Below, in pieces: positions 22,607 to 30,971 of a DNA stretch of 52,238 nucleotides. Made by a program: the position numbers and the translations under genes. The stretch is from Deltaproteobacteria bacterium. GTDB lineage: Bacteria > Myxococcota_A > UBA9160 > SMWR01. Under the pieces are notes generated by a model that was not told the origin of the DNA, did no database searches, and saw only the letters and a program-made list of their open reading frames with translations. Within the stretch, counting starts at the first letter, position 1. The number at the start of each line of letters is the position of its first letter. The DNA lies in NCBI GenBank assembly GCA_032128115.1, contig JAQBHB010000076.1, positions 1 to 52,238 of the forward strand, in the 5' to 3' direction.

Positions 22607-23866
22607 TCAACGGGGACCGTAGAAGCGCCACTCTTTGCTGACAATCAAGCGTGCCCCGCGTCGGAAGGTCAAATAGGCCCAGGCCCACTGCAGCACCACG
22701 AACAGCCGGTTCTTGAAGCCAACCAGGTAGTAGATGTGGACGAGCAGCCAGGCGAACCATGCGAGCAGGCCAGCGAACTCAAAGTGCGGGGTCTGGCAGA
22801 TCGCGCGACTGCGTCCGATCGTCGCCATCTGCCCCCGGTCGTGATACGAGAAGGGCGCACAGACTCTGCCTTGAAGCTCGGCCTTGATGCGGCGGGCCAG
22901 GTAGCGACCCTGCTGGAGCGCGACGGGCGCAAGGCCGGGCAGCGCGGCGCCATCCCGGCCTCGAACGTGCGCCTGGTCGCCGGCGACAAAGACTCCGGGA
23001 TGTCCGGGCAGGCTCAGGTCCGGTTGGACGATCACACGACCGTGCGTGTCGAGTTCTGAACCGAGCCCGCGATTCAGGGAAGATGGCTCGACTCCCGCCG
23101 CCCACAGCGTCGTATGAGCCTCGACCCGCTCCTGGCCCACCTCGACCCCGTCGGGGTCGACGCGGGTCACCGGACTGGCCGTTCGGACCTCGACCCCGAG
23201 GCTCTCCAGATCGCGCATGGCCCGACTCGCCAGAGACTCGGAGAAGGCCGGCAGGATGCGCGCCCCGGCCTCGACCAGAACGACCCGCGCCAACTTCGGA
23301 TCGATGCGCCGGAAGTCTCGGGCCAGGGTGAAGCGGCTCATCTCGCCAATGGCGCCCGCGAGCTCTACCCCCGTGGGGCCGCCCCCTACGATCACGAACG
23401 TGAGCAGCGCCTGCTGCCGCTCGGGGCTCTGCTCCTTCTCGGCCTCCTCGAACGCCGTCAGGACGCGGCGGCGGATCTCGATCGCCTGCTCGAGCGTCTT
23501 CAGTCCCGGGGCGTGCTCCTCCCACTCCTCGCGACCGAAGTAGGCGTGGCGCGCTCCGCACGCAAGGATCAGGAAGTCGTACGGATGGTCCCCGGAGCGA
23601 GTGACGACACGGCGCTCTTCGAGACCGACTGAGGTCACACGCGTGCGCAGCACTCGAATGTTTCGGTAGCGGGAAAGCAGCCCGCGGATCGGCGCGGAGA
23701 TCTCGGCAGGACTGAGCCCCGCCATGGCGACTTGATACAGGAGCGGCTGAAACAGGTGGTAGTTGCGCTCGTCGAGCAGCGTCACTTCGAGATCGCGCAC
23801 GCGACCGAGTCCCTTGGCCGCGCTCAGGCCCGCGAAGCCCCCGCCAACAATCACGACTCGCTTCAT
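22607..23866 (-). CDS. ndh: Type II NADH dehydrogenase-family FAD oxidoreductase
   Basis: VVIVGGGFAG, FQPLLYQVA, VGGGPTGVELAG, WAAGV, AGD, APVALQQG; ATG 23866. Confidence 0.9.
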   Translation of the reverse strand: MKRVVIVGGGFAGLSAAKGLGRVRDLEVTLLDERNYHLFQPLLYQVAMAGLSPAEISAPIRGLLSRYRNIRVLRTRVTSVGLEERRVVTRSGDHPYDFLILACGARHAYFGREEWEEHAPGLKTLEQAIEIRRRVLTAFEEAEKEQSPERQQALLTFVIVGGGPTGVELAGAIGEMSRFTLARDFRRIDPKLARVVLVEAGARILPAFSESLASRAMRDLESLGVEVRTASPVTRVDPDGVEVGQERVEAHTTLWAAGVEPSSLNRGLGSELDTHGRVIVQPDLSLPGHPGVFVAGDQAHVRGRDGAALPGLAPVALQQGRYLARRIKAELQGRVCAPFSYHDRGQMATIGRSRAICQTPHFEFAGLLAWFAWLLVHIYYLVGFKNRLFVVLQWAWAYLTFRRGARLIVSKEWRFYGPR

Positions 23867-23936
23867 CGCCTCGGGGAGGATAGCGGCGGGGTGCGCCGAG
23901 AGGGTGTGGGCCGGATGAACCCAGCCGGCCTGAAAA

Positions 23937-25112
23937 TCAAGGTGAGCCACCGAGGACTTCGACGATGTGGCTGCGGGCGTTTTCCGCAAGCGTCTGCCAT
24001 TCCGCGCGCAGGTCGCGCCAGACGCGGACCTGGAAGGTCTTGGCGACGCTGCGGAAGGGCTGATCCCACAGGGTGCCGTCGTAGAGGGCGCCCCCGCGGT
24101 CGAAGGCTCGTTCGTTGAAGACGGTCTCGCCCGCGTCGCGGTGACGGCACCAGGCGTCGGTGTTCTGTTGCATGAGGGGCACGAAGGTGCGGCCGATCCA
24201 GGACAGGAGCGGCGCAACGGTGTCGTCCAGGCGCAGCGCACCCTCGCTCCGCGAGCCGCCGACGTCTCCGCGGGCGATGCGCTCGATCCAGGCCGCCGTC
24301 GCCGGGGCCTGCTTGCGGATCGCGAGCCACGCCGCGGGATCGCTGCGGTTCATTCCCAGCTGGCCGTAGAGGCTGGCGTCGGCCAGGGTGAATCGCTCCC
24401 CAAACAGATGGGGACGCGCGGCCAGCACCGGTTCGACGCTGGCCAGCAGCGCGCGGAAGATCTCCTCCAGCAGGGCGTGGGTGGCGGGGAAGCCGGCACG
24501 GGACGGCGGCCGCAGGCGAGGCGGCAGGTCGTCGAACGCCCGGTTCGCTGGCTCGGCGACACTCATCAGATAGGGAAGCCGCCGCACCTGGCGCGCCGGA
24601 AACGCCCGGGCCAGGATCGCCGCCCCCGGTCCCGCCAGCGGCTTCATCTCCCGGCCCAGGCGCTCGCCCGCCGTGTTGTCGCGAGCGGCAACCACCCAGC
24701 GGTTGTGGTGCACCAGGTAGAGCCCGACCTCGTCGAGCGCCTCGTCGACCAGACGCAGGGCGAAGCACAGGGCCGGATCGTCCGCCGGCAGGAACGCAGC
24801 GTGGCTGGGGCCGTGTCGGTCCAACCAGACACCGATGGCGGACGAGTCGTAGAGATTCTCGCCGTCGGGACCGAAGAGGAACGGCACCAGCGGAAACTCG
24901 TCCAGCTCCGTCATCTCAGGCCAGGTCAGGGCGAGCCGCCCGGTCACCAGTCGCAGGCGTCGCAGGTTGAATCGGTGGGCGTCGAGCGCGCCCCCATCGC
25001 GCGGCAGCCAACGAAACGCCACGCCCGCGGCGCGCAGAAGCGCTTCCACCTTGAGTGCATACGGGGAGAGTTCGGCTCCCCACAACACCCAGCGCGCGTC
25101 GGGGATTGCCAC
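23937..25112 (-). CDS. Glutathione S-transferase-like protein
   Basis: SPYALKV N-terminal motif, VP, YDSSAI, FGERFTLADASLYGQL. Confidence 0.75.
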   Translation of the reverse strand: MAIPDARWVLWGAELSPYALKVEALLRAAGVAFRWLPRDGGALDAHRFNLRRLRLVTGRLALTWPEMTELDEFPLVPFLFGPDGENLYDSSAIGVWLDRHGPSHAAFLPADDPALCFALRLVDEALDEVGLYLVHHNRWVVAARDNTAGERLGREMKPLAGPGAAILARAFPARQVRRLPYLMSVAEPANRAFDDLPPRLRPPSRAGFPATHALLEEIFRALLASVEPVLAARPHLFGERFTLADASLYGQLGMNRSDPAAWLAIRKQAPATAAWIERIARGDVGGSRSEGALRLDDTVAPLLSWIGRTFVPLMQQNTDAWCRHRDAGETVFNERAFDRGGALYDGTLWDQPFRSVAKTFQVRVWRDLRAEWQTLAENARSHIVEVLGGSP

Positions 25113-25115
25113 GGC

Positions 25116-25361
25116 TCAGTGCAGCAGGAGCTGGGTCGTGGAGGCAATCAGGGCCAGCAGCAGCAGCACCGACACCCGCGGGCCGACGAACATCACGCCG
25201 GCCATCGTCCAACCCGGATCGGGCTCGACCGGATCGGGCTCGACCCCCCAGTGCTCCAGATAGCTCCCCGCCGCGACGCCCCCCGCGTCCGTCAAAATCC
25301 GCGCCATGTGCATCAGGTTCCACGTCATGAAGGTGGTGTTGCGGTTGGTGAAGTCGTTCTC
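25116..25361 (-). pseudogene. Chimeric remnant: flavodoxin-family (NADPH-dependent FMN reductase-like) C-terminal fragment fused to a hydrophobic tail
   Basis: ENDFTNRNTTFMTWNLMHMARIL.DAGG resembles the C-terminus of a flavodoxin-family protein; the N-terminal FMN-binding part is absent. Confidence 0.6.
25214..25243. repeat. Tandem 15-bp repeat CCGGATCGGGCTCGA x2
   Basis: 25214-25228 and 25229-25243; encodes VEPDPVEPDP on the minus strand. Confidence 0.9.
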
Positions 25362-25387
25362 CCGATCGGATTGGAGTTTCGGGTCGG

Positions 25388-25416
25388 GGATTGCGGAACT
25401 CTGGATTGCGGAACTC
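25388..25416. repeat. Tandem repeat GGATTGCGGAACTC x2 (15-bp period)
   Basis: 25388-25401 and 25403-25416. Confidence 0.9.
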
Positions 25417-25516
25417 CAACGGGGCGGCCGGAACACCAGCCTCTTTCGGTGCCGTCAGCCTATCAGATCCATCACCCTGAGATGCGCCACTGCGCCCTGG
25501 GTTACCCTCGTCCCCC

Positions 25517-26863
25517 ATGTTTCCCGGGAAGATCCTCGCCCTGTCCGTGGGGCTGTCGAGCGCACTGGCGTGCAATGCCGCGCCGAAGCCCGTGCGCGTG
25601 GTGCTCGTCACCCTGGACACGCTTCGCTACGACCAGCTCGAGCCGGCGGAGGGCGCGACGTCGGCCATGCCCCATACGTGGGCGCGGGCCCAGCAGGGGT
25701 TGCGCTTCTCGCGCTTCTACACCGCAAGTCCTGTGACCCAACCCACCCACGCCACACTCTTCACGGGGTTGCACCCGTGGCAGCACGGAGTCACCCGCAA
25801 TGGCCAGGTGCTGTCTGACGATCTCCCGCACGTGGCCGAGATCCTCCGGGACCGCGGCTTCGCGACCGCGGCGGTGGTGGCCTCGTTCCCCCTGGCCGCG
25901 CGCTTCGGCTTTGGCCGGGGCTTCGATTCATTTCGCGAGGAGTTCAGCCTGAAGTACCAGCCCCAATCGCTGTGGGAAGAGGAGTGGGACGTGCCCGGAG
26001 GTGAGTTCTTCTCGCTGGGGGGGCCGATTACCGACCTGGCCCTGCTTGCCCTCGACGCCGCCGCCGCGGGCAACCAGTTCTTCTGGTTCCACTACTTCGA
26101 TCCCCACAGCCCGTACGGGGACAGCCAGGGTCTCCATGTGACCCGCCGGGACGTCCTGCGCAAGCAGCGCCGCGAAGGGGCGGCGGCCGCCGACGCCATG
26201 CTCGAGCGGGGGAAGCAGCTCTACGCCGAGGACGTGGCCTACCTGGACCAGGCCCTGGAACGGCTGTTCGAGCGACTGTACCGGGACGGTGTCGCATTCG
26301 ATACCCACGTCTTCGTCGTCTCGGATCACGGCGAGAGCTTCGGCGAGGGCGGATCCCTGGGGCACGGGTTCCGTCTGACCGAGGAGCAGATCCACGTGCC
26401 GGCCTTCGTCGTGTCGCCCCGGGTCGAACCCGGCGTGCGAAGCGAAGTGGCTTCGAGCCTCGATGTGGCGCGCACCCTGCTCTCGCTGGCGGGTGTCGCG
26501 GCGGATGGCCTCCCGGCGCAAGGGCGAGACCTGACGCGTCCGGGGGATGGCGACACGCGCGCCTACGCCATGCGCAAGAGCTTCCGGGGCGGGGTCGGTC
26601 ACGAGGTTCGCCTTACCGGGCGCCACCGCCTGGAGGGCGCGTTGTTCGGCGAGGTCGATCCCAGCGGCCGCATCCGTCGGGGCAACGCCAAGGGTCTCCT
26701 CCCGGGCGACGAGCGCTCCCTGGACGCTTCCCGGGAAGAGCGGCTGATCGAGCGCTTCCGATCCTTCGAGGATCAGCTCCCAGACCCCGAAGCCGTCGAG
26801 TCGCTGGAGACGCTCGACCCGTCGGTCGAGCGAGGCCTGGAAGCGCTCGGCTACGGGTCCTGA
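25517..26863 (+). CDS. Sulfatase-like / alkaline phosphatase superfamily exported protein
   Basis: Signal with LAC; LVTLDTLRYD, TQPTHATLFTG, HYFDPH, SDHGE, HVP, LEALGY C-terminus. Confidence 0.85.
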   Translation: MFPGKILALSVGLSSALACNAAPKPVRVVLVTLDTLRYDQLEPAEGATSAMPHTWARAQQGLRFSRFYTASPVTQPTHATLFTGLHPWQHGVTRNGQVLSDDLPHVAEILRDRGFATAAVVASFPLAARFGFGRGFDSFREEFSLKYQPQSLWEEEWDVPGGEFFSLGGPITDLALLALDAAAAGNQFFWFHYFDPHSPYGDSQGLHVTRRDVLRKQRREGAAAADAMLERGKQLYAEDVAYLDQALERLFERLYRDGVAFDTHVFVVSDHGESFGEGGSLGHGFRLTEEQIHVPAFVVSPRVEPGVRSEVASSLDVARTLLSLAGVAADGLPAQGRDLTRPGDGDTRAYAMRKSFRGGVGHEVRLTGRHRLEGALFGEVDPSGRIRRGNAKGLLPGDERSLDASREERLIERFRSFEDQLPDPEAVESLETLDPSVERGLEALGYGS

Positions 26864-26897
26864 ACGGTCGGCCGCCTTGGAAACTCCCGGACCGGAA

Positions 26898-29783
26898 TCA
26901 GCGCGAGCGACGACCGCCGCGCGCGGCGTAGGGGCGCGAGCTGCCCTCGGTCCCCAGCCCGGTCTCGAGGTCCCCGAGCAGGCGCTCGGCGATGGCCCGG
27001 TCCGCCTCGCAGCGCGGTCGCAGCGCGGGCTCGGCCTGACAGCGTTGCCACAGGTCGGAAAGCGCCAGACGCGAGAAGGGCGCGGCGTGATGGTAATAGG
27101 TCACGAACTGCTCCGTCGCCCGCTGGGCGGCGCCGAGGGCGTCGGTCCCGGTCTCCCCGGCCGCTGTCCCGTAGAGCCTGGACAGGGGTACCACCAGCTC
27201 GAGCGGCGTTCGCTGCGAATAGACCGGATGGCGGCGGATGGCCGCCTCGATTCGCCGGCGCTCGGGGGAATCCGGATCGTCGTGGGCCCACGAGGCCAAC
27301 AGTGTGAGACAGGCGTCGGGAAGCTGCTGGCAGGTCTGCTCCACCACGCGGGCCCGGTCGCCATCGCCGAGGCTTCCGCCGTTTCGGGAGGCGTAGCGTC
27401 GCAGCAGGGAGTTGCGGTCCCCCACCCGAGCCGTTTCCAGAGACGCCGTGGGGGGGAGCGATCCGTCGCCGCCGCTGAAGAAGGCGCGCGCCGCCACGTT
27501 GCTGAGCCGGGGATGAAGCAGGGTGTGGAGCGTGCCCGGATGCGGCGCCGCGTTCAGCACACCCAGGGGCATCAGCTCGTGGGCCAGCAGCTCGGGCACG
27601 CCCGCGATGCCGCAACGGCGCAGGGCCGCCGCGAAGTCCGGGCGGGTCGCGCGCCGGGCGATCCGGTCCACGTCCAGCGCCGACTCGGGATCCATCACCC
27701 CCACCAGCAGGATGTCGTCGGATAGCGTGTACCAGACCGACACGTGATCGAAGACCGAGGCGTAGGTGCGCATCACCAGGGCCACGGTCTCCGCGTCGGT
27801 TCCGTAGAGATGGAACCACTGGCCGAAGGTGCCGCCCGGATTCAAGCGTGTGCGGGCCGCCTCCAGGAACTCGCGGCTGAAGAGCATCTCCACGCCCGTC
27901 ACCCAGGGATTGCTGGGCTCGGAGGCGATCACATCGAATTTCCCCTCGGCGCGCTGCAGGGCCCGGTAGGCATCGCCGCGCACCAGCTGGATGCGCGGGT
28001 TGTGCGACGCCTCGCCGTTGGCGAAATCGAACAGGGGCGCGGCCTGGATCACGCCGGGCGAGATCTCGGCCACGCGCACCTCACGCATGGAGTCGAGGCG
28101 CGCGAGCTCCGCGGCGGTGACCCCGGTGCCGTAACCGATCACGAAAGTGCGCTCGGCTTTTCGCGCCAGCAGCGCCGGGATGATCCCGATCAGCCCGGTG
28201 GTCACGTACTCCCCGCGCACCAGGCTGTCTGGCTTGCCGTTGGTCACGATGCCGCGATCGACGCCGCCGGCACCCTGGTATTCGTGAACCGCGACCGAGG
28301 CCACCGGGTCGTCCACGTAATAAACGACCTCACGGCGCGGTCGGCGTGCGGCGAGCAATGCGTCGGGCCCGTCGAAGCTGCCCTGCAGGGCGCTGCGTTC
28401 GCGAAAAAGCCCGGACGAGAGACGATCGGGAGACCACGACGGCAACACCGCCACCACGACCAGAGCCGCCGCAACACTGGCTGCCGGCGCTCCCAGGCGC
28501 CCGAACCGCGGCGTCCGGAAGCTGACGACCACCGCGGCCGACGCCAGCAGCGCCACCGCCAGGGCAAAGATCTGGTCCAGATCCAGCCAGAAGAGCAGCG
28601 CGTAGCCTCCAAGCAGTGCGCCGCAGAGCGAACCCACGGTGTTCCAGCTGTAGAGACGCCCGGCCACCAGACCCAGGTCCCCGGTTTCCCGGCGCAGGTG
28701 ATGGAAGAGCAGCGGAAGTGCCGCGCCCGACAACACCACGGCCGGCCCGATTGCAGCTAGCGCGCCGAGGAAGCTTGCGGCATGGAACGGAAGCAGGCCT
28801 TCGGGCTGGCTCACGAACAGGCTGCGCAGGGCGTGGGCCCAGTGGGGCGCCTGATCGAGGCCCAGGTGGAGACACGCCAGGAACGCGACCAATCCCCACA
28901 GATCAAACGCGAGCGCGCGCTCGGGAATCCGCGGCAGGGCCGACACGATGAAGCTGCCGAGCGCGATGCACAGCACGAAGACAGCCACCACCATGGAGAA
29001 CGTGAACTGCGAGGGCCCCAGGGCCAGGCCCCCCACCCGGATCAGCACCGTCTGGACGGTCATCATGGCGAAGCCCACCAGACCGGCCACGGCCGCCAGT
29101 TTCGCGAAGCCCTCGGGCGCGCGAGTCGGACCGGAGACCGGCGCCACCGGGGAGGCTGCCGCCGCTCGCCATCCCAACCCCGCAAAGGCCGCTCCGGCGC
29201 ACACGTTGAGTGTGCCCATGGCCCACAACACACCCACGAGCCCGAGTGAGGGCACCAACCAGAAGCCCGCGGCCAGCGCACCGGCGAACGCGCCCGCGGT
29301 GTTGCACGCATACACTACGGCGTGCAATCGGGTGGCCTCGGGCAGACTTCGCGCCAACGCCTGGGTGAGAAGGGGAATCGTGGCGCCCATGAGGACCGAA
29401 GGCGGCCCGATCAACAGCGCCGAGAGCGCCACATCCAGCACGAAGCCCGCGCCGCCACTGCCGTGGGGGATCGAGAACGACAGGGCCTGCACGCCGCGGA
29501 AGAGCAACGGGAAGAGAAAGGCGTACACACCGATGGCCGCCTCCACCGCTCCGTACACGATCAGCAGCGAGACGGGCCGGCCCGAGACTCGCAGCCCGCG
29601 ACGGCTGAGGGCGCCGAAGACCGCATAGCCCAGGGCGAGGCCCCCCAGGAACAGGGCGAGCACCGCGGCCGTGGCCTCGCTGTGGGAGCCCAGCAGGGTG
29701 GCGAGGATCTTCTGCCAGGCCACTTCGTAGACCAGCCCGGTGAAGCCCGTCAGAACCGTCAGAATCAGGGCAATCGCCCGCAC
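26898..29783 (-). CDS. Fused multi-TM / spermidine-synthase-like SAM-dependent protein
   Basis: GLVYEVAW, LMGATIP, YACNTAG membrane repeats; VIGYGTGVT, EIS, DVIASEPSNPW; GTG 29783 (29801 possible). Confidence 0.85.
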   Translation of the reverse strand: MRAIALILTVLTGFTGLVYEVAWQKILATLLGSHSEATAAVLALFLGGLALGYAVFGALSRRGLRVSGRPVSLLIVYGAVEAAIGVYAFLFPLLFRGVQALSFSIPHGSGGAGFVLDVALSALLIGPPSVLMGATIPLLTQALARSLPEATRLHAVVYACNTAGAFAGALAAGFWLVPSLGLVGVLWAMGTLNVCAGAAFAGLGWRAAAASPVAPVSGPTRAPEGFAKLAAVAGLVGFAMMTVQTVLIRVGGLALGPSQFTFSMVVAVFVLCIALGSFIVSALPRIPERALAFDLWGLVAFLACLHLGLDQAPHWAHALRSLFVSQPEGLLPFHAASFLGALAAIGPAVVLSGAALPLLFHHLRRETGDLGLVAGRLYSWNTVGSLCGALLGGYALLFWLDLDQIFALAVALLASAAVVVSFRTPRFGRLGAPAASVAAALVVVAVLPSWSPDRLSSGLFRERSALQGSFDGPDALLAARRPRREVVYYVDDPVASVAVHEYQGAGGVDRGIVTNGKPDSLVRGEYVTTGLIGIIPALLARKAERTFVIGYGTGVTAAELARLDSMREVRVAEISPGVIQAAPLFDFANGEASHNPRIQLVRGDAYRALQRAEGKFDVIASEPSNPWVTGVEMLFSREFLEAARTRLNPGGTFGQWFHLYGTDAETVALVMRTYASVFDHVSVWYTLSDDILLVGVMDPESALDVDRIARRATRPDFAAALRRCGIAGVPELLAHELMPLGVLNAAPHPGTLHTLLHPRLSNVAARAFFSGGDGSLPPTASLETARVGDRNSLLRRYASRNGGSLGDGDRARVVEQTCQQLPDACLTLLASWAHDDPDSPERRRIEAAIRRHPVYSQRTPLELVVPLSRLYGTAAGETGTDALGAAQRATEQFVTYYHHAAPFSRLALSDLWQRCQAEPALRPRCEADRAIAERLLGDLETGLGTEGSSRPYAARGGRRSR

Positions 29784-29875
29784 CCGCCCCCCCTTGGACA
29801 CTCCACCTGCCCGCCTCTTGCGTATCGGCGAGCCGGGCGCTGCGGTGAATCCGGGAGTGGAGGCCCTGGGGCCGG

Positions 29876-30082
29876 TCAGTTCAGGCTGTCGTCTTCGTCC
29901 TTCAGGCCCATGCCCACGCCGTAACCGTGGCCCGTGGAGACGACCAGGATCTTCATGCTCACGTTGCTGAAGACGGCGTAGCCCAGTGCGTTGGCGACCT
30001 TGGTGACGCCGCGCGGATTCGCGCAGGCGATGGGGACCAGGAGTGCCAGGACGAGAACGAGGCCGACGGGTCGAATATGCAT
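29876..30082 (-). pseudogene. 68-aa lipoprotein-like mini-gene: internally deleted YSC84/SYLF-family protein
   Basis: Signal peptide + Cys (IAC), then GYAVFSNV..KILVVSTGHGYGV, GMGLKD and DDSLN C-terminus, which look like non-contiguous pieces of the YSC84-related family. Confidence 0.55.
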
Positions 30083-30141
30083 GGGCGCGGTCTGCGATAC
30101 TCTCCGCGTCGCGCACCTCCCTGGATTGGAGGCCGCCAATC

Positions 30142-30183
30142 GGAGAGCCCATGAAGGGGAGCCCATGAAGGAGAGCCCATGAA
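30142..30183 (+). repeat. Triple 14-bp tandem repeat GG(A/G)GAGCCCATGAA, each containing an SD-like sequence and ATG
   Basis: Units 30142-30155, 30156-30169, 30170-30183; ATGs at 30151, 30165, 30179. Confidence 0.92.
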
Positions 30184-30952
30184 ACGCGTTCTGCTGGGTG
30201 TTGCCCTGGTGTTGGTGATCGCCGTCGGCGGCACCCTCTTCTACCTGGTCTCCTCACTCGACTCCCTGGTGAAAAACGCCATCGAGAAATACGGCTCCGA
30301 GATGACTGGAACCGCGGTGCGCGTGGAGAGCGTGAGGATCGAGCTGGCCGCGGGCAAGGGCACGATCCGGGGGCTCACCATCGCGAACCCTGCGGGATTC
30401 TCGACCGCCCACGCCTTTACGCTGGGGGAGATCACCCTGGACATCGATCCGGGCAGCGTGACCGGCGACCCGTTGGTGATCGACGAGATCGCGATCCGCG
30501 CGCCCCAGGTGAGCTACGAGATGAACGCCCAGGCCCAATCGAACCTGGTCGTGATCAACAACAACCTGAGCGCCTATTCTGGAGGCGGGGGAGGCGGGGG
30601 CTCGTCGGATGCGACCGCCAGCGACGACGCTGCGGAGACCCGTCTCTCGGTCGTGCGTTTCGAGTTCGAGAAGGGCCAGGTCGCCGCCAACACCTCGGCC
30701 GTGGGCGGCAAGGACGGCAGCCTGAGCCTGCCCGCCCTGCGCATGAACGATCTGGGCGGGAAGCAGGGCATGACCGGAGCCGAGCTCGGCAAGAAGGTGC
30801 TCAGCGCCTACACCACCCAGGTGGTGAAGGCGGTGGGCAGCAGCCAGATCGGCCGCCTGCTCGACGACAAGCTCGGTGACAAGCTCGAGAGCAAACTCGG
30901 AAAAGAAGACGCCGACGCCGCCAAGAGCCTGCTCAAGAAGGTTTTCAACTGA
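30179..30952 (+). CDS. AsmA/DUF748-like membrane-anchored protein
   Basis: N-terminal TM, AIEKYGSEMTGTAVRV, GLTIANPAGFS, SNL. Confidence 0.7.
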   Translation: MKRVLLGVALVLVIAVGGTLFYLVSSLDSLVKNAIEKYGSEMTGTAVRVESVRIELAAGKGTIRGLTIANPAGFSTAHAFTLGEITLDIDPGSVTGDPLVIDEIAIRAPQVSYEMNAQAQSNLVVINNNLSAYSGGGGGGGSSDATASDDAAETRLSVVRFEFEKGQVAANTSAVGGKDGSLSLPALRMNDLGGKQGMTGAELGKKVLSAYTTQVVKAVGSSQIGRLLDDKLGDKLESKLGKEDADAAKSLLKKVFN

Positions 30953-30971
30953 TCCTGAAGCGGAGACGGCC

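Larger units (their letters stand above)
20197..23944. mobile_element. Putative degenerate tRNA-Phe-integrated islet bounded by the 15-bp direct repeat CTGAAAATCAAGGTG
   Basis: Repeat at 20197-20211 (anticodon loop and 3' side) and at 23930-23944; no integrase inside. Confidence 0.45.

Noticed and set aside
30865..30900. GACAAGCTCG repeats in the AsmA-like gene
   Set aside because: Low-complexity coding repeat (DKLGDKLESKLG) in a helical tail; no independent significance.
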